A stretch of DNA of 44,547 bases from a virus (IMGVR_UViG_3300013021_000001); one strand, 5' to 3'. Positions 9,469-16,859 are shown, counted from the stretch's first letter. Numbers and translations: made by a program. The notes: generated by a model from the sequence alone, not told the origin.

Positions 9469-9768
9469 ATGTTTGATATATTATTAGATTTATTTAGACC
9501 TAATAAAGAAGAAAAAGGTATCATACTATTAAAAGAGGAACCAGAATATAAATATACATCTATAGAAGGTAAGAAATATAGGAGATGTTGGATACAGACT
9601 GGACCATATTATGGACAGGGAGATAAACCTAGAAGGTCTTGGGCTTATATTAATAGAGATTATTGTTCTAATTATTATAGAGAGTTAAATATTAATGTAA
9701 GTAGAGATGGATGTAGTAAAGAGAAAATAGATAGGTGCTGGAGGGATAGCGATGAATATTTTCAGTAA
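9469..9768 (+). CDS. Hypothetical protein
   Basis: ORF with RBS. Confidence 0.65.
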   Translation: MFDILLDLFRPNKEEKGIILLKEEPEYKYTSIEGKKYRRCWIQTGPYYGQGDKPRRSWAYINRDYCSNYYRELNINVSRDGCSKEKIDRCWRDSDEYFQ

Positions 9769-9961
9769 TGAAGAAAAAGATGTATGTCAGGAATGTGGAT
9801 ATATAGGCAAGGATTTTCCAGAAATGACTAGAAAGAATGGTCTTATATTTTGGACTGTTAAGGAGACTGTAAAAAGATGTCCAGAATGTGGTAGCTTAGA
9901 AGTTAGAGATTTAGCTAGTTGTTTAGAGGAGATAGTATCGGATAAGATTAGATATGAATAA
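9752..9961 (+). CDS. Small Zn-ribbon protein
   Basis: CQECG...CPECGS. Confidence 0.65.
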   Translation: MNIFSNEEKDVCQECGYIGKDFPEMTRKNGLIFWTVKETVKRCPECGSLEVRDLASCLEEIVSDKIRYE

Positions 9962-10255
9962 AAAGAAGAGAGATAATCTAATTTGTCGTCAACAACTTAA
10001 TACTTTCGAGGTTATCGGCAACAAATATGAAAATCAAGAGTTGAAGATTTTATCGAAAATGTATTAGATGAGCATTTAGAAATGGACAAAGAATTTGAGG
10101 GTATAGCTGAAATGATTGAATATAGACCAGAAAATGCACCGAGGGAAGTTTTAAATGAACTATTAGATGATATTAAGGATATAGCTGATAATAATTATGG
10201 AAAATGGAGGAATGTAGAAGATGTTGAAGAATTGCTCAAAAAGGAGGAAGGATAA
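9954..10255 (+). pseudogene. Chimeric remnant: YopX-like C-terminal fragment joined out of frame to a paralog of the 36586 ORF C-terminus
   Basis: 9954 frame gives FEVIGNKYENQEL then stops; another frame gives EMDKEFEGIAEMIEYRPE...DIADNNYGKWRNV. Confidence 0.5.
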
Positions 10256-10635
10256 TGTATAATATTAAATTAAGAAAAAATGATGATAGCTACACAGCGA
10301 TAATAGAAGCTGATTTCAGCATAAATAAAATACATGAAAAAAGTAAAAACAAAATGGCTATTAACATAACTGCCAATGTTAAAAGTATGCAGCAGGCATA
10401 TAAGGATAAGCTTAATGAGATGGCTGGAATGCTTGAATATAATAAAAAAGAGGAGCGTGATAACTTTAATGAGGCACTTCAGGAATATGTGGACTATCAT
10501 ATCTTAGAAGCTTTATCGATAGAGAAAACTCCTTTAAGGATTATCACAGATGATGAGGGTAAACCTATTGAGGTTGAGGGTTTAGAAGATGATGTTGATT
10601 ATAAGTTAATTGTTGAGGAGGATAATAATGAATAG
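10255..10635 (+). CDS. Hypothetical protein
   Basis: ORF with AGGAGG RBS. Confidence 0.75.
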   Translation: MYNIKLRKNDDSYTAIIEADFSINKIHEKSKNKMAINITANVKSMQQAYKDKLNEMAGMLEYNKKEERDNFNEALQEYVDYHILEALSIEKTPLRIITDDEGKPIEVEGLEDDVDYKLIVEEDNNE

Positions 10636-10912
10636 CAAAAAAAAGGCTGTTGAGTTTCTAAATAATATCGGCTATGAATGTGAGTATGACAGTGAAAAAG
10701 ATGATATTCATATTTGGAAACAGGTATCTCCATTTTTTAAGTTAATATATTTTGATACAAATATAAAAGCCGAGCCTGACCCTAAATTTGAATTAAATAT
10801 AGGAACCATGAATTTAGATTTTGAATCACAAAAAGCTCATATAAAAAGACTAAACTCTTTAATTGAAGTTTTAGATAAAATAAAAGAACTTGATGAAATA
10901 AGAGTTTTATAA
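10628..10912 (+). CDS. Hypothetical protein
   Basis: Start moved to ATG after GAGGAGG. Confidence 0.7.
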   Translation: MNSKKKAVEFLNNIGYECEYDSEKDDIHIWKQVSPFFKLIYFDTNIKAEPDPKFELNIGTMNLDFESQKAHIKRLNSLIEVLDKIKELDEIRVL

Positions 10913-10916
10913 AGAG

Positions 10917-11255
10917 GTGGTAAGTTTGTTTTATGCTCATAAATATATTGATGGAGAACATTATAAAAAGCTTGAGGAGTGGTTTGACTACCAGAGAATT
11001 TATAAGCTTATTGATTTTTATGAAAATTATGAATTAAATAATAAAAAAGCCTGTCTTTATTATATAGGCAGGCACTCAGAAAAAGAGAAAGCCTCTTTTG
11101 ATAAAATTATATCAATTTATATATATCCAACACCAGACAATAAAGAATATAATTATATGACGACAGTTTACGACGAATTTATGGTGGATAATATATCTAT
11201 AAAAAATGCTGAGAAAATAATATCATGTGTTATAGAAAATTTGGGAGAAATTTAG
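10917..11255 (+). CDS. Hypothetical protein
   Basis: ORF in operon. Confidence 0.65.
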   Translation: MVSLFYAHKYIDGEHYKKLEEWFDYQRIYKLIDFYENYELNNKKACLYYIGRHSEKEKASFDKIISIYIYPTPDNKEYNYMTTVYDEFMVDNISIKNAEKIISCVIENLGEI

Positions 11256-11313
11256 TTTAAAAACTTGCTTAGTTGTGTTTTGTATGATAAACTAAATGAA
11301 GGGAGTTGAGAAA

Positions 11314-11430
11314 ATGACTGTCATTCTTGCTGCTATTTTATTTCTATCAGCAATAGCAAACTTTTTTAGCGGTAATATATTGGTTGGAGTAGTTGCCTTA
11401 CTGCTTGCAATAGGAGCTGCTGGAGCTTAG
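11314..11430 (+). CDS. 38-aa hydrophobic membrane peptide (below ORF-track cutoff)
   Basis: MTVILAAILFLSAIANFFSGNILVGVVALLLAIGAAGA; GGGAG RBS; promoter-like TTGCTT-17-TAAACT upstream. Confidence 0.6.
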   Translation: MTVILAAILFLSAIANFFSGNILVGVVALLLAIGAAGA

Positions 11431-11442
11431 AAAGGAGTTAAG

Positions 11443-11655
11443 ATGAGTACTAACTTTAAAAGTATACTTTATTACACGGCAAAACTTCAGGAAATTAGAG
11501 AAAAAATAGATGAGGCCTTCAAAGAATATGAGGACTCAGGAAAAGATAGTTATGACAGATACAGTTCTGAAGAAGCTTTAATGAAGTATGGAGCTCAAGC
11601 TCAATCTCTAAAGGCTAAAATTAAATCTTTACAGCGTAAGACAAAAATCTCTTAA
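11443..11655 (+). CDS. Hypothetical coiled-coil protein
   Basis: ORF with AGGAG RBS. Confidence 0.7.
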   Translation: MSTNFKSILYYTAKLQEIREKIDEAFKEYEDSGKDSYDRYSSEEALMKYGAQAQSLKAKIKSLQRKTKIS

Positions 11656-11658
11656 TAG

Positions 11659-11943
11659 GTGGTGGTCTATATTGATTTGATTAGAAAGTTTGGTGCTAAT
11701 TTATTTTATTTTATTGTTGGGCTTTTAGCTTCAGCTTTTATTATTGTTGCTATGGGAGTGGTTACGGCAGAGTTTTTTGAAATGATAGAGTTTTTATGGA
11801 GCTTAATACCATTTACTATCCCTCTATCAGGACAAAATGCTGTTTTATTTTTAATTATTGTGTTTTTTGTTTTGTTTTTTACCTATTGTTTTATAGAAAT
11901 TGGTAAAGACGTCGTTAAGAGTATTAAGAAATTAAAAAACTAA
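11659..11943 (+). CDS. Hypothetical membrane protein (2 TM)
   Basis: Two long hydrophobic segments. Confidence 0.7.
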   Translation: MVVYIDLIRKFGANLFYFIVGLLASAFIIVAMGVVTAEFFEMIEFLWSLIPFTIPLSGQNAVLFLIIVFFVLFFTYCFIEIGKDVVKSIKKLKN

Positions 11944-11958
11944 AAGGAGTGGTTTAAA

Positions 11959-12411
11959 ATGTTAAACAGAATAGTATTAATTGGAAGATTGACAAGAGAC
12001 CCGGAGCTTCGCTATACATCTAATGGAACTCCAGTATGTAATTTTACACTGGCGGTAGAGAGAAACTACACTAATCGTGATGGAGAAAGAGATGTGGACT
12101 TCATCAATATCGTAACCTGGAGAGGTCTTGCAGAAAGCTGTGCTAAGCACCTTGGTAAAGGAAGACTTGTAGGAGTTGACGGTTCACTGCAGATTAGGAA
12201 CTCAGAAAACAACGGCCGTAAGTACATCAACCCTGAAGTAAGGGCTGACAATGTACGCTTCCTTGACTTTGGAGATAATAACGGTGGCGGAAAGTCAAGC
12301 AGTAACTCAAATAAGGGCTCTTACAACAATAATAATAACTCACAAAACCAAAATCAAAACCAGAACCAAAGTTCACAATTTAATGATGACGACTTTGACG
12401 TACCGTTTTAG
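11959..12411 (+). CDS. ssb: Single-stranded DNA-binding protein (host-like)
   Basis: MLNRIVLIGRLTRDPELRYT...; C-terminal DDFDVPF. Confidence 0.97.
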   Translation: MLNRIVLIGRLTRDPELRYTSNGTPVCNFTLAVERNYTNRDGERDVDFINIVTWRGLAESCAKHLGKGRLVGVDGSLQIRNSENNGRKYINPEVRADNVRFLDFGDNNGGGKSSSNSNKGSYNNNNNSQNQNQNQNQSSQFNDDDFDVPF

Positions 12412-12417
12412 GCAAAA

Positions 12418-12442
12418 AGGCGGGGCCTTGTGCCCTGCCTTA
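12418..12442 (+). terminator. Intrinsic terminator-like hairpin after ssb
   Basis: AAGGCGGGGC-CTTGT-GCCCTGCCTT followed by T-rich run. Confidence 0.65.
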
Positions 12443-12465
12443 ATTCTTTTTTAGGGGGTAAAAAA

Positions 12466-12975
12466 ATGAAAGAAATAGAAAAGAAATTTATTGTCAGCAA
12501 AAATTATGAGTTTCCTGCTGAATATAAAAGTTATGATATTATGCAAAAGTATTTACACATAGACTCTATTTCTGAAATTAGAATCAGACAAAAGCTTCAT
12601 TTCAACAAGAAAGGAAAGTTTACTAAAAAGACTCAAAAGATAACTATCAAAGAAGGTAGTGGAGATATCAGAGAAGAAACAGAAATCAGTATCTCGCCAT
12701 CATTATTTGATAATCTTTGGGAAGTAAACAACAAAAGGGCTATTCATAAACTCAGGTATCTAATACCATATAAGGGTAAAATTATAGAAGTTGATGAGTT
12801 TCCTTTATATGATAACTTTCCTATTTTTGCTGAAATTGAATTTGACAGTAAGGAAGAGATGGAAAATTTTGAGTTTCCATACTGGTTTGACAGGGAGACA
12901 AAAGTAAAAAACAAGGATATTTTTATGTTTATTAACAGCTATGAGGCTGATAAAGATATAAATGACATATTGTAA
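12466..12975 (+). CDS. CYTH-domain (adenylate cyclase/triphosphatase family) protein
   Basis: EIEKKF, YL...EIRIRQ, TIK, IREETE, IHKLRY, IEVDEF, FAEIEF motifs; start after GGGGG RBS. Confidence 0.85.
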   Translation: MKEIEKKFIVSKNYEFPAEYKSYDIMQKYLHIDSISEIRIRQKLHFNKKGKFTKKTQKITIKEGSGDIREETEISISPSLFDNLWEVNNKRAIHKLRYLIPYKGKIIEVDEFPLYDNFPIFAEIEFDSKEEMENFEFPYWFDRETKVKNKDIFMFINSYEADKDINDIL

Positions 12976-13102
12976 TGAAGGTATGAAGTTAAGAAGCTAT
13001 ATTTCTAGCTCCATATATTCATAAGTTCACAAGAAGCTAAACTAATATCCAAAAAATAAAAAGAGAGGAATGATAAAAGCTTAGCTAAAAGGAGGATAAA
13101 AA

Positions 13103-13285
13103 ATGAAAAATGCAGTTGTAATTTGTAGAACAGAGGACAAAAAGCATCATTTAATTTTAGAAGAGGGAGAAGTTGTTAGAGTTGTAGGAAGAAGCAAAAA
13201 TAAAGTAAAAGTAAATACAGAAGATGGTAAAACATTATGGTGTAACTTCAGAAATTTAAGTGAAAAATTAGTATTTAGGGGTTAA
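13103..13285 (+). CDS. Small SH3-like hypothetical protein
   Basis: AGGAGG RBS; GEVVRVV...VKVNTEDGKTLW beta pattern. Confidence 0.6.
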   Translation: MKNAVVICRTEDKKHHLILEEGEVVRVVGRSKNKVKVNTEDGKTLWCNFRNLSEKLVFRG

Positions 13286-13352
13286 GGAAAATTTCAAAGG
13301 GGTTAAAAGGCCATATTTATTATGGCCAGAAATTATATTTATTTTATATTAT

Positions 13353-13381
13353 TTGAAAAATGTAGTGAAGTATGATATAAT
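13353..13381 (+). promoter_or_regulatory. Consensus SigA-type promoter driving the RNA array
   Basis: TTGAAA-17 nt-(TGA)TATAAT, 20 bp upstream of the first RNA. Confidence 0.88.
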
Positions 13382-13400
13382 AAACTTAACAGATAAACAA

Positions 13401-13546
13401 GTCATTGGTGGCGGAATAAGTAGACGCTATAATGGTAAGGCATTCGGTGGGAAACATAATAACCAGAGGGGCATATGCTTACACAATTAAAAGCAGCTCT
13501 GCAACATGCGAATGTTCATGTGAGGTGTAAACCCTCACCCATGACA
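13401..13546 (+). ncRNA. tRNA-like RNA with Leu-type D arm, non-canonical T loop and a 93-nt structured middle replacing the anticodon/variable arms
   Basis: GTCATTGG/CCCATGAC acceptor-like stem; GCGGAATAAGTAGACGC D arm; TGAGG-TGTAAAC-CCTCA T arm. Confidence 0.65.
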
Positions 13547-13556
13547 TTATATATAT

Positions 13557-13602
13557 GCCGGTTCGGGAAACTACAGGTTAGTTACCTGCCCTGCCGGCTC
13601 CA
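13557..13602 (+). ncRNA. tRNA minihelix-like RNA ending in TCCA
   Basis: GCCGGT/GCCGGC plus GGG/CCC stem, CAGG-TTAGTTA-CCTG arm, 3' TCCA. Confidence 0.45.
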
Positions 13603-13611
13603 AAATTTAAA

Positions 13612-13696
13612 GGAAGAGTGTCCGAGTGGTTTAAGGAGACAGTTTGCTAAACTGTTACCGACAGGTTCAGGGGTTCAAATCCCCTCTCTTCCTCCA
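13612..13696 (+). tRNA. tRNA-Ser(GCT), canonical
   Basis: GGAAGAG/CTCTTCC acceptor; ACAGT-TTGCTAA-ACTGT; long variable arm; TTCAAAT T loop; encoded CCA. Confidence 0.95.
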
Positions 13697-13702
13697 TTTT
13701 TT

Positions 13703-13814
13703 CGGGAGATAGCTCAGCAGGCTAGAGCAGCTAAAATATGTCTTGTATAAGGTATTAACAGCAATCACATCCCATTAAAGGAGCGTGTCGCAGGTTCGAA
13801 TCCTGCTCTCCCGG
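13703..13814 (+). tRNA. Interrupted tRNA-like gene; 38-nt ACAGCAA module inside the anticodon stem; loop CATTAAA (apparent TTA)
   Basis: CGGGAGA/TCTCCCG; GCTC/GAGC D stem; GCT[13733-13770]CC/GGAGC; GCAGG-TTCGAAT-CCTGC. Confidence 0.85.
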
Positions 13815-13823
13815 TCATTTTTA

Positions 13824-13915
13824 GTCGCAGTGATAGTTTTTGGCAATTTAAACTATCTTCAAATAAATGCGACAGAATTAAGATTCCTCTACAAAATTGC
13901 CAGAGGGCTTAATTC
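13824..13915 (+). ncRNA. Two-hairpin RNA with complementary loops (kissing-loop candidate)
   Basis: GTCGCA/TGCGAC and GATAGTTT/AAACTATC; GAATTAAG/CTTAATTC and CCTCT/AGAGG; loops TGGCAATTT and AAATTGCCA. Confidence 0.55.
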
Positions 13916-13916
13916 A

Positions 13917-14040
13917 AAATTAATCTGTCAGCAACATGTAAACAGCCTGGCTACAATATTAAAAACAAACTGCCAGGCTTAGGAAATACATGGAAACAAC
14001 TGCCGAGCTCTGTGGGCTAGCTGTTGCGACGGGTTAATTT
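13917..14040 (+). ncRNA. Branched structured RNA, unidentified
   Basis: 13-bp closing stem AAATTAATCTGTC/GACGGGTTAATTT; GCAAC/GTTGC; CATGTA/TACATG; AGCCTGGC/GCCAGGCT. Confidence 0.6.
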
Positions 14041-14042
14041 AC

Positions 14043-14161
14043 GGTGAGGTAGCCAAGATGGAAAGGCTCCGGCGCAAAAAGAAAGTGTGACTAGTTTAGT
14101 CACCAACAGCAATTCTTCTATGTCAAGCCGGGATTCGCGGGTTCAACTCCCGTCCTCACCA
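14043..14161 (+). tRNA. Interrupted tRNA-like gene, apparent anticodon GTC (Asp); ~46-nt ACAGCAA module at the 5' edge of the anticodon loop
   Basis: GGTGAGG/CCTCACC; CCGGC/GCCGG; insert with GTGACTA-GTT-TAGTCAC hairpin then AACAGCAA (14105-14112); TTCAACT T loop. Confidence 0.85.
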
Positions 14162-14173
14162 ATTACAATTTTT

Positions 14174-14291
14174 CGAAGGGTAGCTCAACTGGTAGAGCAG
14201 CTAAAATATATGCTTAGTTTTAAGCGTTAACAGCAATCAATTTTCCTTGAGGAGGAGCTTGCTGCAGGTTCGAATCCTGCCCCTTCGACCA
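14174..14291 (+). tRNA. Interrupted tRNA-like gene, apparent anticodon GAG; 42-nt ACAGCAA module inside the anticodon stem
   Basis: CGAAGGG/CCCTTCG-ACCA; GCT[14203-14244]CC-TTGAGGA-GGAGC; short variable loop atypical for Leu. Confidence 0.85.
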
Positions 14292-14299
14292 TTTTTTAA

Positions 14300-14422
14300 G
14301 GAGAGATTCTCCTAATGGCAAAGGTACCGGCCAAAATATGTTTAGATTAAACATTAACAGCAAAAAAAGTGAAAAGCCGGCGGTCGATGACCATGGTGGT
14401 TCGAATCCACCACTCTCCACCA
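14300..14422 (+). tRNA. Interrupted Ser-like (class II) tRNA body with apparent anticodon GAA; ~37-nt ACAGCAA module
   Basis: GGAGAG/CTCTCC-ACCA; CCGGC/GCCGG; ATGTTTA-GAT-TAAACAT hairpin then AACAGCAA (14356-14363); long variable arm GGTC-GAT-GACC. Confidence 0.8.
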
Positions 14423-14459
14423 ACTTTAGGAATTAAAGATTAATTTTTTGTAATTTTTA

Positions 14460-14537
14460 AAGACGGCACACAGCAACCAAACTATTATATAATAAAAGAC
14501 GAATAAGGCTGACACTTTTTTATCCCTGAGCCGTCTT
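14460..14537 (+). ncRNA. Free-standing ACAGCAA stem RNA A
   Basis: AAGACGGC/GCCGTCTT stem, ACACAGCAACC immediately 3' of the 5' strand; internal CTGACAC loop on a weak stem. Confidence 0.7.
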
Positions 14538-14542
14538 GTTAT

Positions 14543-15913
14543 AGATTTTAGGCACTAGAAAACCTAGTAGGCTTGCCCCTATGGATGAATAGTACCTAAT
14601 TTTGAAGTAACTCATTGTAATATATAATATTAGTATAGGAGGTGAAGATAATGATTAAGAAGTTCAAGCCAATCAACAAAGCATATAAATTTAGAATTTA
14701 TCCTAATCAAGAACAACAAGAGTTAATTGATAAAACAATAGGTTGTAGTCGATTCATCTATAATGAATTTCTGGCAAAGTCTAAAGATAATCAATATAAA
14801 TCTTATTCTAAAAACTCTAAAGAGTTAACTCAACTAAAGAAAGAATATACTTGGCTTAAAGAAGTAGATTCTATAGCATTACAACAAAGTCTTAAAGACT
14901 TAGATAGAGCTTTTAAAAACTTCTTTAGTGGTAAATATAACTTTCCTAAGTTTAAGTCTAAAAGAAAAGCTAGATTATCTTATCGCACTCAAAAATTTAT
15001 TAGACCTAGTGGTAGCACTAACATTGAGATTAATGATAATAAAATCAAACTACCTAAGCTATCTTGGGTTAGATTCGCTAAATCTAAAGAGGTTAAAGGT
15101 AAAATTAATAATGTTACAGTTTCTAAATCTAAAGTAGGCAAATATTATATCTCAATTAATGTTAGTCAAGTCTTAGTAACTACTGTTAAAGACAATCAAG
15201 GTGAATTAGGATTAGATTTGGGTATTAAAGACTTTCTAACTACATCTAATGGTGAACATATATCTAACCCTAGACACTTATCGAAATATCAAGATAAACT
15301 AGCTAAACTACAAAGAAGATTAGCTAAAAAACAGAAATTCTCTAACAATTGGTATAAACTTAAAAAGAAAATTGCCAAAGTGCATACTAAAATCAAAAAT
15401 GTAAGATTGGACTTCCTTCACAAATTATCTACTAGATTAGTTAAGGAGAATCAACTGCTAGTCATAGAAGATTTAAATGTGAAGGGGATGATTAAAAATT
15501 CTAAACTGGCTAAACATATCGCAGATTGTAGCTGGTCTAAGTTTACTACTATGCTTGAATATAAAGGAAAATGGTATGACTGCATTTTACACAAAGTAAA
15601 TCGCTTTTTTGCTAGTAGTCAAACTTGTAATATATGTGGTACTAAAAACCCTAAAGTCAAAGATTTGTCTGTCAGAGATTGGACTTGTAGCTGTGGTGCA
15701 ACTCATAACAGAGATACAAATGCTAGTCTAAACCTCTTAAAACAAGGTAAATTAGACTTAGGACTTAGATAGATTACATACTGTCGGACTGACAGGAATT
15801 TACGCTTTTGGAGAGAGCATAAGACCTAACTTAATCTGATTAAATAATTAGCTTTAAGTAGGCAATTCTCGTTGAAAAAAGAATCCCCGCAGGCTTGCCT
15901 CGGGGTAGGTCAA
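14543..15913 (+). mobile_element. Non-autonomous IS200/IS605-family (IS1341-like) element, tnpB only
   Basis: Related subterminal hairpins (AGGCTTGCC core) at ~14559-14585 and ~15880-15905; right end GAAT...TCAA; TTAT just left of the left end; no tnpA. Confidence 0.85.
14642..15772 (+). CDS. tnpB: RNA-guided endonuclease TnpB
   Basis: KAYKFRIYPN HTH, GLDLGIK RuvC-I, VIEDLNVKGM RuvC-II, SSQTCNICG...CSCG Zn finger, HNRDTNASLN RuvC-III. Confidence 0.97.
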   Translation: MKIMIKKFKPINKAYKFRIYPNQEQQELIDKTIGCSRFIYNEFLAKSKDNQYKSYSKNSKELTQLKKEYTWLKEVDSIALQQSLKDLDRAFKNFFSGKYNFPKFKSKRKARLSYRTQKFIRPSGSTNIEINDNKIKLPKLSWVRFAKSKEVKGKINNVTVSKSKVGKYYISINVSQVLVTTVKDNQGELGLDLGIKDFLTTSNGEHISNPRHLSKYQDKLAKLQRRLAKKQKFSNNWYKLKKKIAKVHTKIKNVRLDFLHKLSTRLVKENQLLVIEDLNVKGMIKNSKLAKHIADCSWSKFTTMLEYKGKWYDCILHKVNRFFASSQTCNICGTKNPKVKDLSVRDWTCSCGATHNRDTNASLNLLKQGKLDLGLR

Positions 15914-15930
15914 TAAAGGGCGATATCTTG
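15773..15930 (+). ncRNA. Predicted TnpB omega/reRNA (scaffold to 15913, guide from 15914: TAAAGGGCGATATCTT...)
   Basis: Position at the IS right end as established for TnpB systems; the scaffold 5' end may overlap the tnpB 3' end. Confidence 0.65.
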
Positions 15931-16029
15931 GTGTTAGTTTATCTTTATGATTTTGTTCATTATAATATATTCTTTCGAACTTGCCGGTGCTTTTAAACCC
16001 GGTTAATTTTGTATAAAGAGGTGTAAAAA

Positions 16030-16851
16030 TTGTTTATAGCAGAAGTTGGTATTAACCACAACGGAAATTTAGAGTATGCCTATGAGTTAATAGATATGGC
16101 ATATAAAGCTGGAGCAGATGTAGTTAAATTTCAGAAAAGAAACCCTAAAAAGTGTGTGCCCAAAGACCAGTGGCATAAAAAGAAAAAAACACCGTGGGGT
16201 GAGATGGACTATATTGATTATAAATACAGAATGGAATTTGGTTATAGCGAATATGTAGCACTGAATGCTTACTGTCACAAGCTGGGAGTTAAATGGACAG
16301 CAAGTGTATGGGATATTGAATCTCTTGAATTTCTAACTGATTTTAATGTGCCGTTCATAAAAATTGCTAGTGCCTCAATCACAGATATGAAGCTTTTAGA
16401 AGCTGTAAGAAAGACAGGAATCCCTGTAGTTTTATCCACTGGTATGAGTACAGAAGAAGAAATTGATAAAGCAGTTAATGTTTTTGAAGGATATGAAGAT
16501 AAGTTAAGTATCATGCACTGCAACAGCAGTTATCCATCAGCTGAGAATGAGCTTGACTTAAGAATAATTGAAAGACTTAAAGAAAAGTATCCTTTAAATA
16601 TTATAGGTTACAGCGGCCACGAAAAAGGGATTCAACCGACAATAGCAGCTAAAGTTTTAGGAGCTGAGATAATTGAAAGACATATCACTCTAGATAAGGA
16701 TATGTGGGGCAGCGACCACAGTGCAAGTCTAGAATACAAAGAGCTAAAAGAGCTTATCGACAATCTTAACAGAGTTGATAACTGGCTCGGGAGTGATAAT
16801 ATTAAAGTTTATGAATCTGAAGAAAAAGTAAAAGAAAAACTTAGAAAATAA
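16030..16851 (+). CDS. neuB: N-acetylneuraminate synthase (NeuB/SpsE) family protein, lacking the C-terminal SAF domain
   Basis: FIAEVGINHNG, VKFQKR, KIASA, LSTGMS, MHCNSSYP, GYSGHE, IERHITLD...GSDH. Confidence 0.92.
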   Translation: MFIAEVGINHNGNLEYAYELIDMAYKAGADVVKFQKRNPKKCVPKDQWHKKKKTPWGEMDYIDYKYRMEFGYSEYVALNAYCHKLGVKWTASVWDIESLEFLTDFNVPFIKIASASITDMKLLEAVRKTGIPVVLSTGMSTEEEIDKAVNVFEGYEDKLSIMHCNSSYPSAENELDLRIIERLKEKYPLNIIGYSGHEKGIQPTIAAKVLGAEIIERHITLDKDMWGSDHSASLEYKELKELIDNLNRVDNWLGSDNIKVYESEEKVKEKLRK

Positions 16852-16859
16852 AAATCTTA

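Noticed and set aside
13557-13602. tRNA-Pyl or tmRNA 3' end
   Set aside because: No D or anticodon arm, no CUA anticodon, and no matching tmRNA 5' half or tag ORF seen
13773-13779. Stop-codon reassignment via a UUA suppressor
   Set aside because: Genes end normally at TAA/TAG/TGA with the next RBS adjacent under code 11, and the loop lacks U33
13475-14423. ORF-track hits at 13475-13750, 13785-13982 and 14220-14423
   Set aside because: They overlap clear tRNA/ncRNA structures, lack an RBS and have atypical composition
14543-14641. tnpA (Y1 transposase) in the IS element
   Set aside because: Only ~100 bp separates the left end from tnpB; no HuH ORF is present
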